From contig JAUMVB010000001.1 in NCBI GenBank assembly GCA_030530385.1, positions 34,577 through 98,576 of the forward strand: DNA of 64,000 nucleotides. Direction: 5' to 3'. The notes below the pieces were generated by a model. That model worked only from the letters and a program-made list of their open reading frames with translations. It had not been told where the DNA came from and made no database searches. Positions 10,169 through 19,085 of this stretch are shown in pieces (position 1 is the stretch's first letter; each line of letters opens with the position of its first letter). Position numbers and translations under genes: made by a program. This stretch comes from a bacterium (GTDB lineage: Bacteria; Patescibacteriota; Saccharimonadia; Saccharimonadales; Saccharimonadaceae).

Positions 10169-12922
10169 TTAATTAGTGATAGCTGGCCCACTATAGCTTT
10201 TTGATGATATATATCCACCTTCATCCGTAGCTTCCACTGAGATATTTTGTCCGCTTTTGCTAAACGCATAATCAACAGAAACAGTGTTACCAGTAGGCGT
10301 AGCAGTGCTTATCGTCGAACCATCAACTTTTATAACCACGGATTTAATCGCAAACTTCCCTTGAGAAATCGTAGCATTTATTCTATAGTTATTTCCACTA
10401 TGTAAAGAGTATGAAACATTACTAATTTCAGGCTTTGAGTCGCTACAATTATGAACATCATCCTCAGCATTGGCATCGTAGCCATCAGGAGCTATGATCG
10501 TTTTCTTTTTTGAAACAGGGTCTGTTGTTTCATAAACTGATATTTTAATTTTCGTTGACTCTGGCGTACAAGATGTAGCTTTCTTTTTCGAGATCGAATC
10601 AAATTCAATTTCTTTCGTTGATGAATTCGTCTTATTCTTACTCCACCAAGATGGGCAAAGATCATTTTTACCACCAATATTACAGTTTTGAATGCCCGAT
10701 GGACGCTTAATTTTATCGCCACTCTTCCACCCTTTAGCTATATAAATATTGTTATGCACAGATCGCATATAGTCATTCATAACTCTACGAACCGTAGAAT
10801 TATCGGCAGAGCGTAGAGATGAGCCATCATGATTTCCGCTCCAAACTCCGGTAGCTACGACAGGCGAATAACTCATCATCCAAGAATCTTTTGCGCGTCC
10901 TTTACTGTCATCTGTAGTTCCAGTCTTAGATGCAGTCCAAACACCAGGGACTACAAACCCATAGCTTCGACCTTGAGCTCCAAATACCGCAGAACGAGTC
11001 GCTGAATCCGCAAGAATATCACTGAGCATATAAGCAGCCTGCTCATCAATCACGTTAGATTGACTATCTTTCCAATCTTTTAATCTTTCTCCAGAAGAAT
11101 TTTTTACTTCAGTCACATATGTCAATGGTTTATAAACACCCCCACGTGCCAAAGATGCGTAAGCATTGGTATGTTCATCCTGACGAACAGAGCATCCACC
11201 ACCAATCGCTGCCGAAAGTCCTGCCGAAGAGCCTTGACAATAAGATTTATCGCCTAAATCTCTAGCTGTCCTAATTCCATTTTCTGCACCAACGATAGAA
11301 AGAGATTTAACCGCGCCAATATTTAATGAATTAGCTAAACTAAATCTAATTGTCACATCACCATAGAATCTATTAGTAAAATTCCTTAATTTACAACTAT
11401 TAGAATTTCCGCCACAATAAAGACTGTCTATGTTTTCGTCACGCAAGATAGTGCCTGGTGTATATACTATATCCTTTTTGTTTAATAGAGCCGCATAATC
11501 TACAATTGGTTTTATGCTTGACCCTGGATCAAGAAGCGAAGTCGCCGCATTCGTTTGGCCATAACCAGTCTTATTGTAATCAACAGAGCCAACCTGAGCT
11601 ATAACTTGCCCAGTTTGAACGTCAATAGAAGTCATTGCGATATTATCTGCGCCAGAAATATATAGGTTCTTTGATCCTGCACCTACAGCACTTTCAGCTA
11701 GCTCTTGAGCTTTTAGATCTAGTGTTGTCTTAACCGTCAAACCACCAGCCCGCACAATCTTAACACCTAATTCACTTTCTAGCTGCTTTTTAACTTCTTG
11801 AATAAAATGAGGTGCTTTAATGTTAGCATATTGATCCTGCTCTGGCTTAATCTGGCTCAAAATATCAATATTTTTCGCTTCCTTAGCCTGAGCCTCAGTT
11901 ATATACCCCATCTCAATCATGTCATTGAGGACTTTATGCTGGCGCTCGATCAAACTTTTATTATAAGCAGTATTATAAGGATTGTATACACCAGGATTAT
12001 TCGGAATAGAAGCTAGTAGGGCAGCTTCGGCTATAGTAAGATCTTTGGAGGTTTTGCCAAAATATGTTTGAGCACCAGATTCTATACCGTTTCGGCGCCC
12101 GCCATACGGAGATTCATTTAGATACAAAGCAATTATCTGATCTTTACTATACATCCTTTCCACTTCAATAGCTAAAAACATCTCTTTAATCTTTCGCGGT
12201 ATACCCTTTATTCCACGCTCTTGTGATTCATCAGAGAAGAAAACTTGCTTCACTAATTGTTGAGTGAGAGTCGATCCACCCTGAGTAGCACCTCCACGAA
12301 AATTATTAACAACAGCTCGCAAAATTCCAGACATGCTAATACCTTTATGTTTATAAAAGTCTCGATCTTCGATCGCTACAGTTGCTTTTTTAGCCCAGTC
12401 AGATATTTCTGAATCTTCAACTACTAACTTATAATCTCCGGAGCCTTTATCTTCCCAGATAAGCTCACCGTTTCGATCATAGTATTTTGAAACCGTAGTT
12501 TGAACTCGTTTAGCTAATTCGCTCGGCTTGATCTTCTGAAGGTCCTTTTGGAAATACACATAAAGACCTAAAATCACTACAAATACAATAGCTACGCCAA
12601 CTCCAGCAATCTTGAGCAGCATAATTCCGCCTTTTTTAGAGAACCAATATTTAAAAATTCTCTTGGGGTGAAAATGGTAAAAAAATCTTTTCACTGGATT
12701 TTTAGGTAGACTAGCTAAGTATTCTGCTCTTGCTCTAGCAGCAGCATCTTTTTTAATCTGCCTCTTACGAGCCAGATTAACATAAAGCCCAAGATTATTC
12801 TTCGATGAATTACTTTTATGCGACGATCGCTGTGTAGTATTCCTCGAACCTTGTTTTCGACCCGATTCCTTCTTTTTAATAGAATCAGATTGCTTACTGA
12901 ATATTTTTCGCATTTTATCCAT
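10169..12922 (-). CDS. Class A penicillin-binding protein (PBP1A; transglycosylase/transpeptidase) with a basic N-terminal tail and a ~200-aa Cys-rich/beta-rich C-terminal extension
   Basis: GT51 motifs (GGSTLTQQLVK), a transpeptidase SSIKP (SxxK) and an SKTG (KTG) motif. 917 aa. Confidence 0.85.
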   Translation of the reverse strand: MDKMRKIFSKQSDSIKKKESGRKQGSRNTTQRSSHKSNSSKNNLGLYVNLARKRQIKKDAAARARAEYLASLPKNPVKRFFYHFHPKRIFKYWFSKKGGIMLLKIAGVGVAIVFVVILGLYVYFQKDLQKIKPSELAKRVQTTVSKYYDRNGELIWEDKGSGDYKLVVEDSEISDWAKKATVAIEDRDFYKHKGISMSGILRAVVNNFRGGATQGGSTLTQQLVKQVFFSDESQERGIKGIPRKIKEMFLAIEVERMYSKDQIIALYLNESPYGGRRNGIESGAQTYFGKTSKDLTIAEAALLASIPNNPGVYNPYNTAYNKSLIERQHKVLNDMIEMGYITEAQAKEAKNIDILSQIKPEQDQYANIKAPHFIQEVKKQLESELGVKIVRAGGLTVKTTLDLKAQELAESAVGAGSKNLYISGADNIAMTSIDVQTGQVIAQVGSVDYNKTGYGQTNAATSLLDPGSSIKPIVDYAALLNKKDIVYTPGTILRDENIDSLYCGGNSNSCKLRNFTNRFYGDVTIRFSLANSLNIGAVKSLSIVGAENGIRTARDLGDKSYCQGSSAGLSAAIGGGCSVRQDEHTNAYASLARGGVYKPLTYVTEVKNSSGERLKDWKDSQSNVIDEQAAYMLSDILADSATRSAVFGAQGRSYGFVVPGVWTASKTGTTDDSKGRAKDSWMMSYSPVVATGVWSGNHDGSSLRSADNSTVRRVMNDYMRSVHNNIYIAKGWKSGDKIKRPSGIQNCNIGGKNDLCPSWWSKNKTNSSTKEIEFDSISKKKATSCTPESTKIKISVYETTDPVSKKKTIIAPDGYDANAEDDVHNCSDSKPEISNVSYSLHSGNNYRINATISQGKFAIKSVVIKVDGSTISTATPTGNTVSVDYAFSKSGQNISVEATDEGGYISSKSYSGPAITN

Positions 12923-12983
12923 AACTACTTTTAATTATACACATCTTTTTATTATTTTTCAACGCTTTTTATACTAGCGTAAA

Positions 12984-13012
12984 TTGATTTTCGCAAATAA
13001 AAATGCTAAAAT
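12984..13012 (+). promoter_or_regulatory. Putative tyrS promoter: TTGATT, 17 nt, TAAAAT
   Basis: Followed ~15 nt later by the AAAGGAGA SD and the ATG at 13038. The leader is too short for a T-box. Confidence 0.5.
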
Positions 13013-13037
13013 TAAACTTATAAATTAAAGGAGAAAA

Positions 13038-14246
13038 ATGAAACTATCAGAAGAGCTAAAATGGCGCGGATTTTGGAACCAAACTACTTTCACTGACGAA
13101 AAAATTATCGATAACACTAAATTCAAACTTTACCTCGGCACTGACCCTTCTGCTGATAGTCTACACGTTGGACACTTAGCGGTTTACATGATGGTTCGTC
13201 GCTTTATCGAATACGGTCACGAAGTTGTTCTACTCGTTGGAGGTGGAACTGGTGCTATCGGTGATATGAGAGATACCGAAGAGCGTGAACTTTTGGCTTT
13301 AGAAGAAATTACTAAAAATACCAAAGCGCTCTCTACACAAGTTTCAAAACTATTCGCTGGTAAAAACTTTGAACTAGTCAACAACTACGACTGGCTAAAA
13401 AATATCCCCCTTCTCCCCTTCTTGCGTGATATTGGTAAGAAATTTAATATGGCCGAGCTTACATCTCGTGAATTCTTTAAAGCTCGCATCAAAAATGGAA
13501 GCGGTCTAAGTTACGCCGAATTCTCATACACAATACTTCAAGGCTATGATTTTCTCCATCTTAATCGCGAAAAAGGAGTCAATCTTCAAATTGGTGGTAG
13601 CGATCAGTGGGGAAACTTGCTCTCTGGCGTAGAATTAATTCGAAAATGCGAAAACCGTGAAGCCTTCGCAATGACTGCACCGCTAGTAATAAATAAATCA
13701 ACTGGGCGAAAATTTGGTAAAAGCGAAGGTGGTGCAGTTTGGCTAGACGAAAATAAAACAAGCGTTTACAAATTTTATCAATTCTGGCTAAACTCTGATG
13801 ATGATGGAGCAATTGATTACCTAAAATTGTTTACAATGTTACCAAAAGAGCAAATTGAGAGAATTGAAGATGAGCACATAAAAGTCCCTCATTTACGACT
13901 AGCGCAAAAAACTCTTGCTCGCGAAGTTACAGATTTGATCCATGGCCAAAATCGCCGTAAAGCTGTTGAAAAAGTAAACGAAACCTTGTTCGGAAATAAC
14001 GATATCAACGCATTATCTAGCATTGAAATTGAAATTCTCGCCAGCGAGATACCTACTTCAAAAATTGGCTGCGATGTAATCTCAGCTCTCACAGAAAATA
14101 ATCTTGTAAAAAGTGCAAGTGAAGCTCGCCGACTAATTCAAAGCAATGCAATATCAATCAATGGTCAAAAAATCAAAGAAAACCAACAGATCAATAAAAT
14201 ATCATTAATTAAAAAAGGGAAAAATAGCTTCGTTCTAATTAAATAA
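13038..14246 (+). CDS. tyrS: Tyrosyl-tRNA synthetase
   Basis: HIGH-type motif (SLHVGHL), a KFGKSEG (KMSKS-like) motif and a C-terminal S4 domain. 402 aa. Confidence 0.85.
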   Translation: MKLSEELKWRGFWNQTTFTDEKIIDNTKFKLYLGTDPSADSLHVGHLAVYMMVRRFIEYGHEVVLLVGGGTGAIGDMRDTEERELLALEEITKNTKALSTQVSKLFAGKNFELVNNYDWLKNIPLLPFLRDIGKKFNMAELTSREFFKARIKNGSGLSYAEFSYTILQGYDFLHLNREKGVNLQIGGSDQWGNLLSGVELIRKCENREAFAMTAPLVINKSTGRKFGKSEGGAVWLDENKTSVYKFYQFWLNSDDDGAIDYLKLFTMLPKEQIERIEDEHIKVPHLRLAQKTLAREVTDLIHGQNRRKAVEKVNETLFGNNDINALSSIEIEILASEIPTSKIGCDVISALTENNLVKSASEARRLIQSNAISINGQKIKENQQINKISLIKKGKNSFVLIK

Positions 14247-14263
14247 TAAAAGAATAAAATAAA

Positions 14264-14295
14264 ATCTCCCACTATTTTTAGTAGGAGATTTTTTA
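14264..14295. terminator. Intrinsic terminator after tyrS, also usable from the minus strand
   Basis: Hairpin atctcccact/agtaggagat (9 of 10 bp paired), followed by TTTTT. An A-rich stretch upstream allows use from the minus strand. Confidence 0.65.
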
Positions 14296-14328
14296 AAACA
14301 AACAGTTCAATCTTTATTTTTGAAAAAA

Positions 14329-14670
14329 TTAAACTTTTTTTCCGAAACCTTTTTTTGCCCCTTCATATGTGTTAAGGGCTCGTTTTTGCAACTTGCCAGC
14401 TTCAATCTTCGCTTCCTCAACGGCTGCTTCAGTCTTAACTTTTGCCTCTTCGACAAATTCGCTAGTTTTTTCCTTAACTTCATCAATAACCTTTTCGGTA
14501 TTTTCTGCAGCTTCACTAGTTTTTTCTTTAACTACTTTTCCAACTTCTTCAGCCTTTTCTTTAAGTTCTTTTCGGGTTTCTTTGCCACTTTTTGGAGCAG
14601 TCAAAATTCCTGCAACCGCACCGACAGCCGCACCAAATAATAACCCTAAACCAAATTTACCTTTACTCAC
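14329..14670 (-). CDS. YtxH-like (general-stress-type) small protein with an N-terminal membrane anchor and a charged KE-rich helix
   Basis: GLGLLFGAAVGAVAGIL, then a K/E-rich repeat region. It uses a GTG start with an AAAGGAGAAAA SD. Confidence 0.6.
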   Translation of the reverse strand: MSKGKFGLGLLFGAAVGAVAGILTAPKSGKETRKELKEKAEEVGKVVKEKTSEAAENTEKVIDEVKEKTSEFVEEAKVKTEAAVEEAKIEAGKLQKRALNTYEGAKKGFGKKV

Positions 14671-14923
14671 TTTTTTCTCCTTTACCTTTAAATTTTTTAA
14701 AAATACTCATCACCGACTTAGCAATAATAATCGGCGAAGTAATTTGCGCAATATTTTGTGTCATCTCATCGACGTTTTTTGCAACATTTTGAATTCGTTC
14801 TGTCACGTCACCAATCTGATGAGTCACCCGAATGATTAAAATGAAACAAATGATTCCGAGGACGATAAAAATCGCAAGCGCAATAGATAGAATTACGACT
14901 AAAATTTCCGCAGCCGAACTCAT
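14663..14923 (-). CDS. DUF948-like small membrane protein, paired with the YtxH protein
   Basis: An N-terminal TM helix followed by a soluble helical region. An AAAAGGAGAAAA SD precedes it, and its 8-nt overlap with the downstream gene indicates coupling. Confidence 0.55.
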   Translation of the reverse strand: MSSAAEILVVILSIALAIFIVLGIICFILIIRVTHQIGDVTERIQNVAKNVDEMTQNIAQITSPIIIAKSVMSIFKKFKGKGEKSE

Positions 14924-14976
14924 TTTTCTCCTTTTTATTTTATGTTTTTATTTTTGATTTTTTCAAATCTGTTTGT

Positions 14977-15005
14977 ATTCTACCATAAAATAATTCTTAT
15001 GTCAA
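14977..15005 (-). promoter_or_regulatory. Near-consensus promoter for the DUF948/YtxH operon: TTGACA, 17 nt, TAGAAT (minus strand)
   Basis: The reverse complement of 14977-15005 reads TTGACAtaagaattattttatggTAGAAT. Confidence 0.55.
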
Positions 15006-15169
15006 TAGTTTTTTGAAATTTTTATTAAAAATAGCGAGAAATTACTTGATTTATATAAGTTCTAATATCCAATACAGAATATCCACCTATCGCAAAATAA
15101 TAAAAATTTTAATACAGCAATATTTTTATCACCGTTAAAATTATCTTAAAATTCAAACTTTTCTTCCAC

Positions 15170-16690
15170 CTACAACCTTTCACGAATCAATTTTTGTGCT
15201 AAAGCTGGATTTGCCTTACCTTGCGACTTTTTCATAATCTGACCAACCAAAAAGCCAATTGCTTTATCATTACCGCTTCGAATATCCTCAATCGCTTTTC
15301 GTGAAGCCGTATCATTCATTACTTCATCAACAATTTTTGCAATCTCACCTTCATCAGAAACTTGGAGAAGATTCATATTCTCAGCGATTTTTTCTGGCAT
15401 AAACTCCAGATTTTCATCTTTAAGCATTGCCAAGAAAATTTGATGGCCGCCATTTGAGCTAACTTTTTTCTCATGAACCAAATGAGCGAGAAGAGTTAAT
15501 CTACGAGGGCCAAGATAACCTTTGTAGAGTTTTTCTAGATCAAGCTCTTCGCTTGGAGTTGATGCAAACCAGTTGAAAATTCGCTTCATGTTTTCTTTAT
15601 GCTCTTCAAGAGTGTAGCTATCAATTCCAACTTCACTGATTAATTCTTCTTGAGAAACCGGCCAAGGACCATCACCCCAAGTTGCAAGGAGTAGTTCAGC
15701 AATTCGATAATCGCTCAAAGCGTACTCAACTACAGAGCTATCAAGCCCAAAAACACTAAATTTTTCACGGAAATAATCTGGCATAATTGGAAATTGTGCT
15801 TGCATTTTCAAAATTTCTTCATCACTCAAAATAATCGGTGGAATATCTGGATCGGGCATATATCGGTAATCTTGAGCCTCTTCTTTACTTCGTTGCGAAA
15901 CTGTTTTTTGCTCGTCGTCAAGCCAACCGCGAGTTTCCTGCTTAATTTTCTCACCTTTTTCAAGCAGTCTCACTTGTCGTTCGAATTCATATTGAGCCGC
16001 TCGTTCAACACTTCGAAAACTGTTTAAGTTCTTAATTTCCGTTCGTGTTCCAAGTTTTTCATCACCAAATTTTCTCGCTGAAATATTTACATCAAAACGC
16101 ATATTACCTTGATATAAATCACCATTTGTAACATCTGCAAAAACCATTCGCTTATGAAGCTCTTCAGCATAAGCACGCGCTTCTTCGGCAGAATGAATAT
16201 CAGGCATTGACACAATTTCAATTAGAGGTGTTCCAGCGCGATTTAGGTCAACCAAAGAACGATCACCAAAATGAGTGAGTTTTCCAGCATCTTCTTCAAG
16301 ATGAGCATGCTCAATTCGAACTTTTGCTTCACCACCACTAGGAAGTGGCGCAATGATCTCACCTTCACCAATAATCGGCTGATAGAGCTGCGATGTTTGA
16401 TAACCCTTTGGTAAATCTGGGTAAAAATAATGTTTGCGGTCAAATCGGCTCACATTGGCAATTTTTGCATTCAGTACTTTCCCAGCTCGAACCGCTAAGC
16501 GAACCGCTTCCTTATTTAGAACCGGCAACATTCCTGGCAAGCCAAAATCAATCGGTGAAGTTGCTTCGTTCGGTGATTTTTCGCGAGCATCATTATCACT
16601 ACCGCTAAAAAGCTTAGTTTTCGTTTTTAACTGAACATGGCACTCAATTCCAATTGTCATTTCATATTTTTTTAAAATATCTTCCATCAA
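15170..16690 (-). CDS. gatB: Asp/Glu-tRNA amidotransferase subunit B
   Basis: A typical GatB N-terminus (TIGIECHVQLKT...) and a C-terminal YqeY-like tail. Confidence 0.9.
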   Translation of the reverse strand: MMEDILKKYEMTIGIECHVQLKTKTKLFSGSDNDAREKSPNEATSPIDFGLPGMLPVLNKEAVRLAVRAGKVLNAKIANVSRFDRKHYFYPDLPKGYQTSQLYQPIIGEGEIIAPLPSGGEAKVRIEHAHLEEDAGKLTHFGDRSLVDLNRAGTPLIEIVSMPDIHSAEEARAYAEELHKRMVFADVTNGDLYQGNMRFDVNISARKFGDEKLGTRTEIKNLNSFRSVERAAQYEFERQVRLLEKGEKIKQETRGWLDDEQKTVSQRSKEEAQDYRYMPDPDIPPIILSDEEILKMQAQFPIMPDYFREKFSVFGLDSSVVEYALSDYRIAELLLATWGDGPWPVSQEELISEVGIDSYTLEEHKENMKRIFNWFASTPSEELDLEKLYKGYLGPRRLTLLAHLVHEKKVSSNGGHQIFLAMLKDENLEFMPEKIAENMNLLQVSDEGEIAKIVDEVMNDTASRKAIEDIRSGNDKAIGFLVGQIMKKSQGKANPALAQKLIRERL

Positions 16691-17100
16691 ATTGCTCCTA
16701 AATCTTTCAAAGCTTGTTTAAAACTATTCATTGCTCGGCGAGTTTGATCAAAATTAATTTGTGCATCATTCTCATGCGCAACCACATTTCGAAGTTTGTG
16801 GGCGTGCCAAATTGAATTCGGGCTTGAAAATTTATCTTTCGAATTTTTCAGCCGCTCACCCATCGTTTGGCCAGAAATTCGAAGCTCCCGCATCGCTGTA
16901 TCAACAAGTTTATCGGCATTAATTAACGCCAAGTGCCAAGTTGCAGGTTCATCTTTTTTGATTGAATTTTCTATAACTAACCAATCACGCTGAAACTTCT
17001 CTTTATCAAGTTGAATCTCATGCGGCTTAGTTAAATTAATCGCAACAAATAACAAAACCGCACAAATTAAAATTGCGACTGCCGGAAAAATTAATTCCAT
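16687..17100 (-). CDS. Hypothetical membrane-anchored protein inserted between gatA and gatB
   Basis: An N-terminal TM helix. Its ATG overlaps the gatA stop (TAATG) and its stop overlaps the gatB start (ATGA), so it is translationally coupled on both sides. Confidence 0.55.
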   Translation of the reverse strand: MELIFPAVAILICAVLLFVAINLTKPHEIQLDKEKFQRDWLVIENSIKKDEPATWHLALINADKLVDTAMRELRISGQTMGERLKNSKDKFSSPNSIWHAHKLRNVVAHENDAQINFDQTRRAMNSFKQALKDLGAI

Positions 17101-18500
17101 TAGTTTTCCTCCAAACTTTCAGCAAGTGCCAAAATTTTTGCATCCGATTTCATCTTTCCAATAATTTGGACACCGACAGGTAGACCATTTTCAGTTTTAC
17201 CAGCCGGAACAGAAACCGCAGGAAGTCCAGCAAGTGAAGCTGGTACGCTCAAGATATCAGCTAGATACATTTTTACTGGGTCATGAGCATTTTCGCCAAT
17301 TTTAAATGCAGGAGTTGGCGCAACAGGGCCAACCAAAAAATCAACTTCTTCAAAAAGTTTATTAAATTCATTAATCAAAAGTGTGCGAGCTTTTTGCGCC
17401 TTCAGATAATAAGCATCATAAAAGCCACTCGAAAGCACATATGAACCAATCATGATTCGGCGTTTATTCTCGGCTTCAAAACCTTCATCACGAGACTTAC
17501 CAAAAACCTCACTCAAGTTTTGGGTAGATTTTGAACGCAAGCCGTAGCGAATTCCGTCATATCGTGCTAAGTTTGAAGAAACCTCAGCTGGAACAATAAT
17601 ATAATAGATAGCGAGCGAATATTTACTCATCGGTAGAGAAACTTCCACAATCTCATGTCCAGCTTTTCGCATTTTCTCAATATAATCTTCAGTTATTTTT
17701 CGAACTTCCGAGTTAACACCTTCATTGATAAATTCTTTAACTACTCCAATTTTTGCCTTTTTTGAGACTTGCTCTTCTTGCCAAAAATCGGGCAAAGTCA
17801 TTGCATCACGCACGTCAAGACCAGCCACAATACGCATCACGAGTTCACTTTCTTTAGCAGTTTTCGTAAAAACACCAATTGTATCAGTTGAAGAAGCCAT
17901 CGCCACCACACCAAATCGTGAAACTGCGCCATAGGTTGGTTTTACGCCATAAACACCATTAAAACTTGCGGGCTGACGAATTGAACCACCAGTATCAGTC
18001 CCGAGCGCAAAAGGTACGATGTCAAGAGCCGTAATTACCGCTGAACCCCCAGATGAACCTCCAGCAACTCGCATTTCATCAAAAGCATTTTTAGTAACAC
18101 CAAAAGCTGAATTCTCGGTTGAGCCGCCGTGAGCAAAAGCGTCCAAGTTTGACTTTCCAATACAAATTGCACCAGCTTTTTCAAGTTTTTCAACCGCAGT
18201 CGCCTGAATCGGTGTTTCGAAATCTTTCAACATTTTACTTGAAGCTGTTGAAGGTGAACCAAATACCAAAAAATTATCCTTCGCCACAAAAGGAACACCT
18301 GCAAGCTCGCCAACTTCTTCACCTTTTGAAATCTTATCATCAATTTCTTGCGCTCGCGCTAAAGCTCGCTCTTCGGTCAAGCTCGTAAAAGCATTGAATT
18401 TTTCAGCATTTTTTGCCTTCGAAATAGCTTCTTTAACAAACTCAACTGCAGTTTTCTTTCCAGATAGAACTTGTTCTCTAATTTCAAAAATATTCGTCAT
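17100..18500 (-). CDS. gatA: Glutamyl-tRNA(Gln)/Asp-tRNA(Asn) amidotransferase subunit A
   Basis: Amidase signature GGSSGGSAV. 466 aa. Confidence 0.9.
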   Translation of the reverse strand: MTNIFEIREQVLSGKKTAVEFVKEAISKAKNAEKFNAFTSLTEERALARAQEIDDKISKGEEVGELAGVPFVAKDNFLVFGSPSTASSKMLKDFETPIQATAVEKLEKAGAICIGKSNLDAFAHGGSTENSAFGVTKNAFDEMRVAGGSSGGSAVITALDIVPFALGTDTGGSIRQPASFNGVYGVKPTYGAVSRFGVVAMASSTDTIGVFTKTAKESELVMRIVAGLDVRDAMTLPDFWQEEQVSKKAKIGVVKEFINEGVNSEVRKITEDYIEKMRKAGHEIVEVSLPMSKYSLAIYYIIVPAEVSSNLARYDGIRYGLRSKSTQNLSEVFGKSRDEGFEAENKRRIMIGSYVLSSGFYDAYYLKAQKARTLLINEFNKLFEEVDFLVGPVAPTPAFKIGENAHDPVKMYLADILSVPASLAGLPAVSVPAGKTENGLPVGVQIIGKMKSDAKILALAESLEEN

Positions 18501-18507
18501 AATTCTC

Positions 18508-18801
18508 CTACAAAACCTTTGGAACTTTTACCTGATTATCTTCAACATTTTCACCCGCTAACTTTAAAAGTTCATCTCGTTTTACACCATAATCATCAAG
18601 TTTATCTTCTCGCCAAATATTTTGATTTTTCGAAACCGAATAAGTTGGTTCAACACCATCAGTGTTTAATTCACTAAGCTGTTCAATATACGACACAATA
18701 TTTCCCAAATCAGTTTGAAGGTTCGAAATCTCCTCTTCGCTAAGTGAAATACTTGAAAGCTCAGCTAAGTGTTTAACTTCATCTTTTGATATTTTTTCCA
18801 T
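18508..18801 (-). CDS. gatC: Amidotransferase subunit C
   Basis: MEKISKDEVKHLAELSSISLSEEE matches the GatC N-terminus. The track ORF starts at an upstream TTG (18891), which was rejected for the ATG at 18801. Confidence 0.7.
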   Translation of the reverse strand: MEKISKDEVKHLAELSSISLSEEEISNLQTDLGNIVSYIEQLSELNTDGVEPTYSVSKNQNIWREDKLDDYGVKRDELLKLAGENVEDNQVKVPKVL

Positions 18802-18868
18802 ACACTTAAGTATATCACTTTTCAAAAGATTTTTAAAATAAAACTCTAAAGAATAGGAGTTTTTAGAG

Positions 18869-19078
18869 TTATTGTTTTTCAAGTTTTTCAATTCGTCGGT
18901 TTAGATTATTTATCAAATTCATTTGACTAACATCAATTTCGCCAGAATCTTTAACTATCTCGTTAATTCTTTGGTGAAGAAAAATTATTCCAATCGAAAG
19001 AATTAAATTCCAAACAACAAACAGAGTAATTACAGCTATTTTAAGAAAGCTCTTGTCTTTTTTGCTAATAAATTTCAT
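18869..19078 (-). CDS. Small hypothetical membrane protein (69 aa) between uvrB and gatC
   Basis: A TM helix plus a C-terminal coiled coil. An AGGAG SD lies 5 nt upstream. Confidence 0.45.
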   Translation of the reverse strand: MKFISKKDKSFLKIAVITLFVVWNLILSIGIIFLHQRINEIVKDSGEIDVSQMNLINNLNRRIEKLEKQ

Positions 19079-19085
19079 AAATCTC

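Noticed and set aside
12923-13037. Possible T-box riboswitch upstream of tyrS
   Set aside because: The leader between the predicted -10 and the SD is only ~15 nt, so there is no room for a T-box.
14320-14839. Three plus-strand ORFs (106, 156 and 66 aa) of Ser/Phe/Leu-rich low-complexity sequence
   Set aside because: They are antisense shadows of the KE-rich YtxH/DUF948 genes. The minus-strand genes have strong SDs and a consensus promoter.
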